A stretch of DNA of 48,260 nucleotides from a bacterium (lineage in GTDB: Bacteria; Oederibacteriota; PGYV01; Palsa-1178). Where the stretch lies: contig JBAXIL010000009.1 in the NCBI GenBank assembly GCA_037138355.1, positions 1 to 48,260 of the forward strand. Reading direction: 5' to 3'. Below the pieces are notes generated by a model. It made no database searches and was not told the DNA's origin. It worked only from the letters and a program-made list of their open reading frames with translations. Shown piece after piece: positions 1-9,979 of this stretch (its first letter is position 1; each line of letters starts with the position of its first letter). A program made the position numbers and the translations under genes.

Positions 1-683
1 CTTTGTCTATTGCCAGGTCATTAGTGGCGGTAAAAAACTTTTATAAATATTTAGTTAGAACAGGGCGTTTGAAAAAAAGTCCTTTTGAAGACATGGATTC
101 CTTCAAGACAAATAAAATAATTCCTGAAACTTTAACGAGCGAAGATATATCAAAACTTTTATCAGCGCCAGATATGTCAAAAAAAGAAGGCATCAGAGAT
201 AAGGCTATTTTGGAACTTTTATATTCTGCAGGTTTGCGTGTTTCTGAGCTTGCAGGCTTAGAATTAACTGATATAAATTTGGATGAAAAAGTACTGAAAT
301 GTTTTGGCAAGGGTTCAAAAGAAAGATTAGTACCCATAGGTGACTATGTAGTGGAAACGCTGGCTGACTATATAGACATAAGAAAAACATTTTTAAAAGA
401 TTTTTCACCACATTTATTTATTACAAGATTAGGTAAAAGATTCACAAGAGAAGGTATATGGAAAGTGGTAAAAAACTACGCAAAAAAAGCAAACATAGAA
501 AAAGATGTTTACCCACATATTTTTCGGCATTCCTTTGCTACACATCTTTTAGCTGGTGGTGCTGACTTACGCTCTGTTCAGGAAATGTTAGGACATGCTG
601 ATATATCTACTACACAGATTTATACTCATGTAGATAAAACCAGATTAAAAAAGATACATAAAAAGTTTCACCCAAGAGGTTAA
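1..683 (+). CDS. xerD: site-specific tyrosine recombinase XerD (5' end outside window)
   Basis: RDKAILELLYSAGLRVSEL, GKGSKERLVP, PHIFRHSFATHLL, LRSVQEMLGHADISTTQIYTHV, C-terminal HPRG; full R-K-H-R-H-Y catalytic set. Confidence 0.9.
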   Translation, partial: LSIARSLVAVKNFYKYLVRTGRLKKSPFEDMDSFKTNKIIPETLTSEDISKLLSAPDMSKKEGIRDKAILELLYSAGLRVSELAGLELTDINLDEKVLKCFGKGSKERLVPIGDYVVETLADYIDIRKTFLKDFSPHLFITRLGKRFTREGIWKVVKNYAKKANIEKDVYPHIFRHSFATHLLAGGADLRSVQEMLGHADISTTQIYTHVDKTRLKKIHKKFHPRG

Positions 684-703
684 GTGAAGAATTAAAAGGT
701 TGA

Positions 704-731
704 TTGCTTAAAAAGTGGCAAGTGATATAAT
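704..731 (+). promoter_or_regulatory. sigma70-type promoter for nuclease/OB pair
   Basis: TTGCTT(704-709)-16 nt-TATAAT(726-731) with TG extended -10. Confidence 0.55.
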
Positions 732-768
732 ACATTAATTAATCAAAAAAAATAATGATGGGGGATAA

Positions 769-1290
769 ATGAAAACAGATTTTTATATAAAAACTATTGT
801 CATCACAGCCATCGTATTAGCATGTATATATTTTGGCGGGCTTTCAATTAAACATATTAGTCAAGAGAGTCAGTTTAAAAAATTCACTGCAATAGTTGAG
901 TATGTGGTAGATGGAGATACGGTTAAGCTATCGGATCAACGCATAATACGACTTGTGGGTATAGATTCTCCAGAGACAAATCATCCTGATCAACCAATCC
1001 AAAGATTTGGTAAAGAAGCAAAAGAATATTTAAAAGCGCGCATAGAAGGCAAGACCTGTGTTTTTGAATACGAAACCACAAACGAATATGATGTTTATGG
1101 TAGAACGCTTGCTATGATATTTTTAAATGATGAAAATATAAATGCTGAAATGATAAAACAGGGTTTGGCGTATGCCTATGTGAAAGATCCAAATTCCAGG
1201 ACTAAGAACTTTCCAGTCCTTGAAAATATAGCAAAAAAAATAAGAAGAGGTCTCTGGGTTAATGAGGCCGGGGGACAGGTGAAAAAATGA
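769..1290 (+). CDS. thermonuclease (SNase family), N-terminally membrane anchored
   Basis: VVDGDTV, IRLVGIDSPE, DVYGRTLA, NAEMIKQGLA, RRGLW motifs; hydrophobic N-terminus. Confidence 0.9.
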   Translation: MKTDFYIKTIVITAIVLACIYFGGLSIKHISQESQFKKFTAIVEYVVDGDTVKLSDQRIIRLVGIDSPETNHPDQPIQRFGKEAKEYLKARIEGKTCVFEYETTNEYDVYGRTLAMIFLNDENINAEMIKQGLAYAYVKDPNSRTKNFPVLENIAKKIRRGLWVNEAGGQVKK

Positions 1291-1766
1291 ATAATAAAGA
1301 TTTTTATTTTAAAACAGCTTTTGTTACAGTCGCAGTATTACTTGTAATTTTTAGCGGTAAAATGTGGATAGTAAATCCTTTAATGTCTAATAGCAGGCAA
1401 GTAATTGCCTCTGCACCTGCTACACAGGGAGAGTCATCATTTGCTGGTAATCAAGAAAAAAGGTTCAGTAAAGAAAAAATTAACATTAACTGGAAAGATG
1501 CGGCAAAGTATGTTGATTCCTATGTCATATTTGAAGGTGAAATTGTGTCTGCTTACAATAACGGAAAAGTATGTTATCTGAATTTAGATAAAGATTATAA
1601 AAATTCGATTACTCTTGTAATATTTTCAACTAAGTTTTCAAGATTTCCTGATAAACCAGAAAAATGTTATCTTGGTAAGAAAGTTAGAGTAGAAGGACGA
1701 ATTAAAGATTACAAAGGAAGACTTGAAATAATACTTGGCGGAACAGAATCAATAAAAGTTCTATAA
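1287..1766 (+). CDS. membrane-anchored OB-fold nucleic-acid-binding protein
   Basis: N-terminal TM; EGEIVS...YLNL...TLVIF...GKKVRVEGRIKDYKGRLEII OB pattern; ATGA overlap with nuclease stop. Confidence 0.7.
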   Translation: MNNKDFYFKTAFVTVAVLLVIFSGKMWIVNPLMSNSRQVIASAPATQGESSFAGNQEKRFSKEKININWKDAAKYVDSYVIFEGEIVSAYNNGKVCYLNLDKDYKNSITLVIFSTKFSRFPDKPEKCYLGKKVRVEGRIKDYKGRLEIILGGTESIKVL

Positions 1767-1822
1767 TACAAGGCATAAAGGTAATGATTGAAAAAACATC
1801 ATAAATATATATAAGTTTTTTA

Positions 1823-1877
1823 TTAACCAAATCTTAACAATAATTCCATATATTCAACACAATATTTTTAGTATAAT
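1823..1877 (+). promoter_or_regulatory. Pho box and -10 of the response regulator operon
   Basis: TTAACC(1823)/TTAACA(1834) at 11-bp period; TATAAT at 1872. Confidence 0.75.
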
Positions 1878-1901
1878 AGCATTAATAAAAGGAGGTGCTA
1901 T

Positions 1902-2582
1902 GTGGATAAATTAATAGCAGTTATTGATGATGAAGAAGACATAAGAGAACTGATTTCCGTTAATCTTAAAAAAGCAGGATACAAGGTTAAAGAATACGAA
2001 GATGCAGATAGTTTTTTGAAAGCTATTTCTAAAAGCACACCTGACCTAATAATTTTAGACCTTATGATGCCAGGAACAGATGGTGTAGAGGCCTGTAAAA
2101 TACTCAAAAGAGATGATCGTTATGCGAAAATACCAGTAATCATGGTAACTGCTAAAACAGAAGAAATTGATAAAATAGTAGGGCTTGAGATAGGGGCAGA
2201 TGATTATATGACAAAACCTTTTTCCCCAAAAGAGCTTGCTGCACGGGTAAAGGCAGTATTGCGTAGGGGGGATGTCAAAAAGGAAGAGCCTTTGTTAGTT
2301 AAATTTGGCAGTATTACAATTAATGCGGAAAAACATGAAGTTATGATTAAGACCAAAAAAATTGAACTGACAGCAACGGAATACAGAATACTTGAGATAC
2401 TTGCTTCAAAACAGGAAAGAGTTTTTTCCAGAGAACAGTTACTGGATAATCTGTGGGGTAATGAAAAAACTGTGGTGGACAGGACTGTAGATGTACACAT
2501 AAAACATCTAAGGGAAAAGTTAGGAAGTGCAGGAAAAATGATAAAAAATATTCGTGGAGTGGGGTATAAAATAGAATTATGA
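1902..2582 (+). CDS. phoB: OmpR/PhoB-family phosphate response regulator
   Basis: Receiver (DD, DLMMPG, GADDYMTKPFS) plus winged helix (RTVDVHIKHLREKL, IRGVGY); pst context. Confidence 0.88.
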   Translation: MDKLIAVIDDEEDIRELISVNLKKAGYKVKEYEDADSFLKAISKSTPDLIILDLMMPGTDGVEACKILKRDDRYAKIPVIMVTAKTEEIDKIVGLEIGADDYMTKPFSPKELAARVKAVLRRGDVKKEEPLLVKFGSITINAEKHEVMIKTKKIELTATEYRILEILASKQERVFSREQLLDNLWGNEKTVVDRTVDVHIKHLREKLGSAGKMIKNIRGVGYKIEL

Positions 2583-4312
2583 AAAGAACAATTTGGGGGA
2601 GGATATTTTTTGGCTATGCAGCGATAATAATTCTTTTGTCGTTGCTTATAATATTATTTTCTTCAACTACAGTAAAAGAAAAGGTAATGGATTCAGAAAA
2701 ACAGAATTTGCGGGGTTATAATGCTATATTAAAACCAGTCATAGTACCTTATATAGCTAAAGGTGATTATGTAGGTTTGGAAGTCATATTAAAGAAAATG
2801 AAAGCATCAGTTGATATTAGACTCACAGTAATTAATAATGAGGGACAAGTTCTTGCGGATTCTGAAAGAGATCCAGAATCTATGGACAATCATAAAAATC
2901 GCCCTGAAGTACGGACTGCTTTTGAAGGTACAGAAGGAATGGCAGTACGGTATTCTAATACAGTAAAGATGGATATGCTTTATCTCGCAGAGCTGATATC
3001 AAATGATAAAAAATACAAAAATATAATAATTAGAGCAAGTATACCTTTAAAAGATATTAAAACTATGGAGAACGGATTAAGTGATGGAATACTAAAAGCA
3101 CTTATTTTGGCACTTTGTGCTGCACTTGCTGCTGCATTTATTTTTTCAAGAAATATATATAGGCCTATTAAAGAACTTGCTGATGCTTCTAAAAAAGTGG
3201 CAAATGGTGATTTTGATACAAGAGTTACTTTTAGAGAAAAAGGAGAAATGCGAGACTTAGCAGAAAATTTTAACTTTATGACGGCGCAAATCAAAACTTT
3301 GTTTGGAGAAGCTGTTGAAAAGAAAAAACAACTTGATGTTGTTATAGATGCCGTAGCTGAAGGACTTATAGTAACTGATGAAAAAGGAAAGATAATATTA
3401 AGTAATAAAAGTTTTCGTAAAATATCTGGTACCTCTTGTGAAAATGGGAGTTTTTATTGGGAATGCCTTATGTCTTATGCTTTTAACTCTATAATAGAAG
3501 AAGGTCTTAAAACAAGAAAATATTCTGTTGGACAAGTAGATATAAAGGAAAGAACTTACCTATGTAGTTCAAGCTATATCGAGGAAAAGAAACAAGCAGC
3601 TTTTGTGCTTTATGACATAACTGAATTTAAGGATTTAGAAAGGATAAAAAGAGATTTTGTAGGAAATGTATCACATGAGCTTAGAACTCCGCTAACAGCC
3701 ATTAAAGGTTTTGCTGAAACTATAGAACAGGAAACAGAAAATCCTGAAGCTTTGCGTTATATTGGGATAATAAAAAAGAATACTGAAAGACTTATTAATA
3801 TAGTAGCCGACTTGCTTACTTTGTCACAGTTAGAACAAATGGAGAAAAATCTTGAGGCAGAAAAAGTAGATGTGAATATTTTAATTGCCAATGCGCTTAA
3901 AATATTAGAGCAAAATATTAAAACAAAGAATCTTGTTGTAAATGTAGATATAAAAGCTGGTTTGCCTTCGATTAAAGGTGATGTATTTAGGTTAGAACAG
4001 GTATTTATTAATTTGATAGACAATGCGGTAAAATATACAGAAAAAGGAAGCATTACAATAACTGCCGAGCAGGATGCTTCAGATATTAAAGTGATTATCT
4101 CAGATACAGGAATAGGAATATCAAGTGAGCAACTGCCAAGAATTTTTGAAAGATTTTATGTGGTTGATAAATCGCGTTCAAGAAAACTCGGGGGTACAGG
4201 TTTAGGTCTTTCAATAGTAAAACACATTATAATGATTCATCAGGGAACTATATCGGTCGAAAGTAAGTTAGGTGAAGGCACTGCCTTTACTGTAAGATTA
4301 CCAATCAAATAA
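2579..4312 (+). CDS. phoR: phosphate sensor histidine kinase (TM-cache-TM-HAMP-PAS-HisKA-HATPase)
   Basis: MDNHKNRPEV, FVGNVSHELRTPLT, NLIDNAVKY, RIFERFYVVDKSRSR, GGTGLGLSIVKH. Confidence 0.92.
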   Translation: MKRTIWGRIFFGYAAIIILLSLLIILFSSTTVKEKVMDSEKQNLRGYNAILKPVIVPYIAKGDYVGLEVILKKMKASVDIRLTVINNEGQVLADSERDPESMDNHKNRPEVRTAFEGTEGMAVRYSNTVKMDMLYLAELISNDKKYKNIIIRASIPLKDIKTMENGLSDGILKALILALCAALAAAFIFSRNIYRPIKELADASKKVANGDFDTRVTFREKGEMRDLAENFNFMTAQIKTLFGEAVEKKKQLDVVIDAVAEGLIVTDEKGKIILSNKSFRKISGTSCENGSFYWECLMSYAFNSIIEEGLKTRKYSVGQVDIKERTYLCSSSYIEEKKQAAFVLYDITEFKDLERIKRDFVGNVSHELRTPLTAIKGFAETIEQETENPEALRYIGIIKKNTERLINIVADLLTLSQLEQMEKNLEAEKVDVNILIANALKILEQNIKTKNLVVNVDIKAGLPSIKGDVFRLEQVFINLIDNAVKYTEKGSITITAEQDASDIKVIISDTGIGISSEQLPRIFERFYVVDKSRSRKLGGTGLGLSIVKHIIMIHQGTISVESKLGEGTAFTVRLPIK

Positions 4313-4332
4313 TCTTTTTATCCTCTAAAACC

Positions 4333-4386
4333 TTAACCATAAATTAACAAACAAATCATTTGTTATTAATCACATTATTCTATACT
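4333..4386 (+). promoter_or_regulatory. Pho box and -10 of porin-pstS
   Basis: TTAACC(4333)/TTAACA(4344)/TTAATC(4366); TATACT at 4381. Confidence 0.75.
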
Positions 4387-4550
4387 TATGTCTGTAAAAA
4401 GAAATAGTTCTTAAAAAGCGACAGAGCGATAAGGTTGGGCAAAATTAATGTTTGATTTGTTGTTAATAAAAGCCCAGTAAAGCGCTCTTAAAATATAAAA
4501 CAAAAAAAATGAAAGATGAATGAATGTAAAAAAACTCAAGGAGGAAGTAA

Positions 4551-5630
4551 ATGAAAAAGGCAATTAGTTTCGGATTGGCTTTGGTTTTTGTTCTCTCGTT
4601 CTTTGTTATAGCTTCAGCAGAACCAGTTGTAAAGTTTTATGGCTACCAGTGGTTAAGATATGAAAACAAGGTAGTGGGTTCAAGTGTGGACACAGCGTCT
4701 GACACAAGCCAATTTTCAATCCCAAGAACATATTTAAGATTGAAAGTAACAGATACAGGTTATGAAGGTAATATCACAATGGATATAAACAATGTACAGT
4801 ACGGTCAGGTAGTAGCAACAACAGCATCGGCAGGAGCAGTTGATTTTGCAGCTTGGTTAAAGTATGCTTCAGTTGATTTTACAAAAGTTCCTGGTTTAGA
4901 ACAGATAGATGCTCAGCTCAGAGTAGGTATTCAAAAAGTATATTTTGGAACACTCGATGTATGGGAATATCCTTTGATAGACAAAGAACCAGTTGACAGA
5001 AATGGTATTGCATCAAGTGCAGATTTTGGAGCAGCTATAGTAGGAAGATTACCTATGGGATTTGGTTCATACGAACTTGCAACATTTTCAGGTTCTGGAT
5101 ATAAAAAATTAGATACAAATGCTGAAAAAATGTACAATGCAAGCTTACTTGTAACACCGCTTCCAGGTATATATATGAGAGGTTCTTACATTCATAATAT
5201 TACCAGTGCTTTAGGTGCGGCAGTAACTAAGGACTTTAATGCAACCGCAGCAGTAGTGGGTTATGCTTCAGGTCCTATAGAAGGTTGGACAGAGTATATG
5301 ACAAGATTTGACGCTTCTAAAGCTTCAGGTTCGGCTTCAGGAGTTTTAGTTGGTTGGAGTTCTTATCTTGGAATAAACTTATCAGATTCATTACAGCTTA
5401 ACGCAATGTGGATGCAGAATAATCCAGATACAAAAACAGTAAGAGATGACAGAAATGTTTGGCAGGCTGGTATTAATTATAAACTAAATGAAGCAGTATT
5501 GTTACAGTTTGGTTATGAAGTTGATCAGTTAAAGTTCCCAAATAATGATGTTGGAAAAGGAAACTCTACTAACGATGCAGGAACAGCTAATTTGAATTAC
5601 TTCTGGGCGCAGACAAAGTGGTCTTGGTAA
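4551..5630 (+). CDS. putative outer-membrane porin (phosphate-regulated beta-barrel)
   Basis: Signal peptide, alternating amphipathic strands, PRTYLRL motif, terminal aromatic (YFWAQTKWSW); directly upstream of pstS. Confidence 0.7.
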   Translation: MKKAISFGLALVFVLSFFVIASAEPVVKFYGYQWLRYENKVVGSSVDTASDTSQFSIPRTYLRLKVTDTGYEGNITMDINNVQYGQVVATTASAGAVDFAAWLKYASVDFTKVPGLEQIDAQLRVGIQKVYFGTLDVWEYPLIDKEPVDRNGIASSADFGAAIVGRLPMGFGSYELATFSGSGYKKLDTNAEKMYNASLLVTPLPGIYMRGSYIHNITSALGAAVTKDFNATAAVVGYASGPIEGWTEYMTRFDASKASGSASGVLVGWSSYLGINLSDSLQLNAMWMQNNPDTKTVRDDRNVWQAGINYKLNEAVLLQFGYEVDQLKFPNNDVGKGNSTNDAGTANLNYFWAQTKWSW

Positions 5631-5669
5631 GTAGTAAAGAAAGATAAACAGAAATTAAAAAAAAGGAGA

Positions 5670-6518
5670 ATGAAAATGAAAAAATTAGTAAAGATCGCGA
5701 TAGTAGCAGCTTTTGCTGCAGTGCTTGCGGTTCCAGCATTTGCTTGGAAATTTCCGTGGGCTGAAAAAGCTTCAAATAAATTATCAACACAGGGTTCCAC
5801 AACAGTTCTTCCGATAGCACAGGCAGAAGCAGAAGCTTTTATGAAAGTAAACAAAGATGCTGATATAACAGTATCAGGCGGCGGATCAGGCGTTGGAGTT
5901 GCTGCTTTGATAGAAAGTTCTTGTGAAATTGCAAATTCTTCAAGACCGATGAAGTCAAAAGAATTTGTTCTCGCAAAGTCAAAAGGTGTAAATGCGATAG
6001 GAACTATAATTGCAAATGACGGAATTGCAATTGTTATTAATAACGGAAACAAGGCAACAGCATTAACGCTTGAACAGCTTAAGGGTATCTATTCAGGAGA
6101 AATATCAAAATGGAAACAGGTTGGGGGAACAGGCGATGCTATTGTTGTTATATCGCGGGACAGTGCTTCTGGAACTTTTGAAGTTTTCAATGAAAAAGTA
6201 TTAGGTGGAGCAAAATTAAGAACTGATTCATTAATGATGGCATCCAACAAGGAAATAGCTGAAACAGTGGCAAAGACACCAGGCGCGATTGGTTATGTTG
6301 GACTTGGATATTTGACATCAGATTTAAAATCAGTAACGATTGATGGCGTAACTCCTTCTGATGCAACAGTATTAGATGGAACATACAAACTTGCAAGGCC
6401 GCTTTTTATGTACACAAATGGCGAACCTACAGGCATAGCTAAGGATTTTATTGATTTTATTCTTAGTGCTGAAGGACAGAAAATAGTAAAAGAAACAGGT
6501 TTTGTTACTATAAAGTAA
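5670..6518 (+). CDS. pstS: phosphate ABC transporter substrate-binding protein
   Basis: GSTTVLP, GGGSGVG, IANSSR, SRDSASGTFEVF, AIGYVGLGY, YKLARPLFMY. Confidence 0.95.
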   Translation: MKMKKLVKIAIVAAFAAVLAVPAFAWKFPWAEKASNKLSTQGSTTVLPIAQAEAEAFMKVNKDADITVSGGGSGVGVAALIESSCEIANSSRPMKSKEFVLAKSKGVNAIGTIIANDGIAIVINNGNKATALTLEQLKGIYSGEISKWKQVGGTGDAIVVISRDSASGTFEVFNEKVLGGAKLRTDSLMMASNKEIAETVAKTPGAIGYVGLGYLTSDLKSVTIDGVTPSDATVLDGTYKLARPLFMYTNGEPTGIAKDFIDFILSAEGQKIVKETGFVTIK

Positions 6519-6554
6519 TTTCTTTTATACGATTTCAATTATTATGTTTTTTTT

Positions 6555-6589
6555 GCCAAAGGCCCGCAAAATGCGGGCCTTTGGCTTTT
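6555..6589 (+). terminator. intrinsic terminator after pstS
   Basis: GCCAAAGGCCCGCA-aaa-TGCGGGCCTTTGGC perfect 14-bp stem followed by TTTT. Confidence 0.85.
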
Positions 6590-6613
6590 ATAAAGACAGA
6601 CATGCAAATAAAA

Positions 6614-6667
6614 TTAACACAATCTTAACAATTAAAAAACAGTTCCTAAACCCTAATTGAGTATGAT
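6614..6667 (+). promoter_or_regulatory. Pho box and -10 of pstCAB-phoU
   Basis: TTAACA(6614)/TTAACA(6625); TATGAT at 6662. Confidence 0.75.
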
Positions 6668-6704
6668 TAAATTATAAAAGAAAGATATGAAATCGAGGTA
6701 AATT

Positions 6705-7583
6705 ATGTCAATCAATAAAGGTATGAGAAAAAATTTTATAGAGCGTATACTTCCTATAACGGCATCGGTATCGCTCATTTTTTTACTTGGGATAGCCTTT
6801 ACCTTGGTTACAACTTCTTTACCTGTTTTTAAAACAGTCAGTCTACAGGGTTTTCTTTTTGGATCTGAGTGGATTCCTACGGCAGAAAAACCATCATTGG
6901 GTATATGGTCGCTTATGGTTGCATCTTTTTATGTGACTTTTGGAGCTATACTTTTTGCCATCCCTCTCGGCTTGGGAAGTGCCGTATATATAGCTGAAAT
7001 TGCAACGCCTAAAGTAAAGGAAGTTATCAAACCTATAATGGAAATACTTGCTGGGATTCCTTCGGTGGTATTTGGATTTTTCGGTATAGTGTTTGTGGCT
7101 CCTATAGTACAAAAAGTATTCCATCTTGACACAGGATTATGCGGATTTACAGCAGCAATCATATTAGGGCTTATGGCCATACCTACAGTTGCAAGTATTT
7201 CGGAGGATGCTATATCGGCTATATCAAAGGATTTAAGAAATGCTTCATACGCATTGGGTGCTAATAGGTGGGAAACTATAGTCAAAGCTATTATGCCTGC
7301 GGCAAAGACAGGTATATTTACATCTATTATACTTGGTGTAAGCAGAGCTCTTGGAGAAACAATGACTGTATTAATGGTAGCTGGTGGAGCGGTAAAAATA
7401 CCGACTGGACTTTTTGTTCCTATGAGGCCTATGACAGCTGCTATTGCAGGAGAGATGGGTGAGACAGTAATAGGCAGTCCTCACTATCACGCTCTTTTTG
7501 CCATGGGGCTTGTATTATTTATAATAAACATTATTTTTAATCTGATTGCGGATCATTTTCAGAAAGGAAAGAGAAATGTTTAA
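6705..7583 (+). CDS. pstC: phosphate ABC transporter permease PstC
   Basis: ILAGIPSVVFGFFG, ASYALGANRWET, SRALGETM, HYHALFAMG. Confidence 0.95.
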   Translation: MSINKGMRKNFIERILPITASVSLIFLLGIAFTLVTTSLPVFKTVSLQGFLFGSEWIPTAEKPSLGIWSLMVASFYVTFGAILFAIPLGLGSAVYIAEIATPKVKEVIKPIMEILAGIPSVVFGFFGIVFVAPIVQKVFHLDTGLCGFTAAIILGLMAIPTVASISEDAISAISKDLRNASYALGANRWETIVKAIMPAAKTGIFTSIILGVSRALGETMTVLMVAGGAVKIPTGLFVPMRPMTAAIAGEMGETVIGSPHYHALFAMGLVLFIINIIFNLIADHFQKGKRNV

Positions 7584-8460
7584 CCAGCTGATTAAGGCAT
7601 TTAAAAGTAAAAATGACAGGACAATAGCGCAGGAAATAGGTTTTACAATAATTAAAATTTGTATTTTCATAGTCATTTTATCTCTGGGCATATTGTTGTT
7701 GTATATTTTTATGAAAGGTTTTAGGGTAGTTAATTTGGATTTTATAACACAAACCCCACGGGATGGTATGGTCAAAGGTGGTATATTTCCAGCTATACTC
7801 GGGACTTTTTTATTATCTTTAGGCGCTTTAATTTTTGCCCTACCTACTGGTGTATTGACGGCAGTTTGGTTGACTGAATATGCTACAAGTCAGAAATTTG
7901 TGAGGATAGTAAGGATAGGTATTAATTCACTTGCGGGTGTGCCGTCCATAGTATTTGGACTTTTTGGTCTGATGTTTTTTGTGAAATATATGCAGTTTGG
8001 AGTTTGTCTTCTATCGGGTTCTTTGGTTCTTGGAATACTTATATTGCCTACCATAATAGGGGCATCAGAAGAAGCTCTGCTTACGGTACCTAAAGCTTTT
8101 AAGGAAGCTTCACTTTCTCTTGGTGCAACAAGATGGGAAACTATGTATAAAATAATATTGCCAAATTCAGTGTCGGGTATTCTTACAGGAATAATACTTA
8201 GTGTAGGTAGGGCCGCTGGTGAAACTGCTCCTATACTTATGACAGCCGCTACCTTCTACACCACCAGGTTACCTAACTCACTTTTTTCAAAAGTAATGGC
8301 TCTTCCATATCATATATACGCACTTATGACAGAAGGTTCAAAAAGTGGTCAAACTGAAATAGCATATGGGACAGCTTTGGTTTTACTTATTCTTGTACTG
8401 GTAATAAATGGTTTGGCAATATATATAAGAATTAAGTCAAGAAGGGCGAGAAAATGGTAA
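7576..8460 (+). CDS. pstA: phosphate ABC transporter permease PstA
   Basis: GGIFPAILGT, LAGVPSIVFGLFG, EASLSLGATRWET, RAAGETAP; ATG 7576 after AAAGGA chosen over track start 7546. Confidence 0.95.
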   Translation: MFNQLIKAFKSKNDRTIAQEIGFTIIKICIFIVILSLGILLLYIFMKGFRVVNLDFITQTPRDGMVKGGIFPAILGTFLLSLGALIFALPTGVLTAVWLTEYATSQKFVRIVRIGINSLAGVPSIVFGLFGLMFFVKYMQFGVCLLSGSLVLGILILPTIIGASEEALLTVPKAFKEASLSLGATRWETMYKIILPNSVSGILTGIILSVGRAAGETAPILMTAATFYTTRLPNSLFSKVMALPYHIYALMTEGSKSGQTEIAYGTALVLLILVLVINGLAIYIRIKSRRARKW

Positions 8461-8479
8461 ATATAAATAGGAGAATAAT

Positions 8480-9253
8480 ATGAGTGAAGTAACTATTGCT
8501 AATAGGATAACGGTAAAAGACTTTAATGCTTATTATGGTGAAAAGCATGCTTTAAAGAATATCAATATAGATATTCCGGCAAATAAAATTATGGCAATGA
8601 TAGGTCCATCTGGATGTGGTAAATCTACTTTTTTGCGTTCCATTAATCGCATGAACGACCTGATAGAAAACTTTAAAACTGACGGAAAAATGATGATTGA
8701 TGGAAAAGATGTATATGATAAAAATATAGATGTGACAAACTTGCGCAGGCGAGTGGGTATGGTATTTCAAAAACCAAATCCTTTTCCAAAAACCATATTT
8801 GAAAATATTGCATATGGCCTGCGGGTGAATCGCCTTTTTAAAGATAAAAAAGAGCTGGAAGAAAAAATAGAAAAAAGTCTTATGGAAGCTGGTGTTTGGG
8901 ACGAGGTAAAAGATGATTTAGATAAGAGTGCTTTTGAACTTTCTGGCGGACAGCAACAAAGACTTTGTATAGCAAGGGCATTGGTAATAAAACCAGAGGT
9001 TATACTTATGGATGAGCCAACTGCCTCGCTGGACCCAATTTCAACAGCAAAGATAGAGGAACTAATACAAGTATTAAAAAAAGATTATACTATAGTGATA
9101 GTGACACACAATATGCAACAGGCGGCGCGTGTGGCTGACAAAACTGCTTTCTTTATGTTGGGGGAAATAATAGAATATGATGAAACTGTAAAAATGTTTA
9201 CAAAACCGGGAAATAAAATGACAGAAGACTATATCACTGGAAGGTTTGGTTGA
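8480..9253 (+). CDS. pstB: phosphate ABC transporter ATPase
   Basis: [42 protein letters not shown]. Confidence 0.97.
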   Translation: MSEVTIANRITVKDFNAYYGEKHALKNINIDIPANKIMAMIGPSGCGKSTFLRSINRMNDLIENFKTDGKMMIDGKDVYDKNIDVTNLRRRVGMVFQKPNPFPKTIFENIAYGLRVNRLFKDKKELEEKIEKSLMEAGVWDEVKDDLDKSAFELSGGQQQRLCIARALVIKPEVILMDEPTASLDPISTAKIEELIQVLKKDYTIVIVTHNMQQAARVADKTAFFMLGEIIEYDETVKMFTKPGNKMTEDYITGRFG

Positions 9254-9296
9254 ACAAGAGTGGCAGTAAATATCAAATATATTATAGGAGGATTTT

Positions 9297-9956
9297 ATGG
9301 ACAGGCAATTTGATGAAGAACTGAATGTCTTAAAGAAAGATATATTAAAAATGGCAGCTTTAGTTGATGAGGCCATATCCAGAGCTATTAAGTCACTGGT
9401 AGAGAGAAGTGATGAATTAGCACTGGCAGTAGAAGAAGACGATGAACAAATGGATATGCTTGAAATAGAAATTGAAAAACAGTGTTTGGAATTATTGGCA
9501 AGAAGACAGCCTATAGCCAATGATTTGCGTTTTGTAACATCAGTTATGAAAATAAATAGTGATTTGGAAAGAATGGGAGATTTAGCAGCAAATATAGCGC
9601 ATAAAACGAGGATATTGATTAAGTATCCTCTGTTAAAACCATTGATAGATATACCTAAAATGGCTGAAACTGTTCGTTCAATGTTGAAAGATTCCATAAG
9701 TGCTTTGATTGAGAATAATTCTGAGTTGGCAAGAAAAATAGTCGAAAGAGATACAAAAGTGGATGGATTGTATGTTCAAGTATTTAGGGAAGTGCTGACT
9801 TTTATGATGCAAGATAGCGGCAATATTAAATCTGGAATAGAACTTATTATGATAGCAAAACATTTGGAAAGAATGGCAGACCATATAACAAATATAGATG
9901 AAGATATTGTTTACATGGTTGATGCGAAAACAATAAAACATGATTTTGAAAAGTAA
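9297..9956 (+). CDS. phoU: phosphate signalling protein PhoU
   Basis: QPIANDLR, DLERMGD, LERMADHITNI. Confidence 0.95.
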   Translation: MDRQFDEELNVLKKDILKMAALVDEAISRAIKSLVERSDELALAVEEDDEQMDMLEIEIEKQCLELLARRQPIANDLRFVTSVMKINSDLERMGDLAANIAHKTRILIKYPLLKPLIDIPKMAETVRSMLKDSISALIENNSELARKIVERDTKVDGLYVQVFREVLTFMMQDSGNIKSGIELIMIAKHLERMADHITNIDEDIVYMVDAKTIKHDFEK

Positions 9957-9979
9957 ACTAAAATACAAAAGGAGTAAAA

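Noticed and set aside
1..683. Integron or prophage integrase
   Set aside because: Motifs are those of housekeeping XerD; no IntI-specific insertion, attC array or phage genes nearby
4423..4488. c-di-GMP riboswitch (GGGCAAA seen)
   Set aside because: No GNRA tetraloop/receptor or second stem of the GEMM motif; kept only as an unknown hairpin
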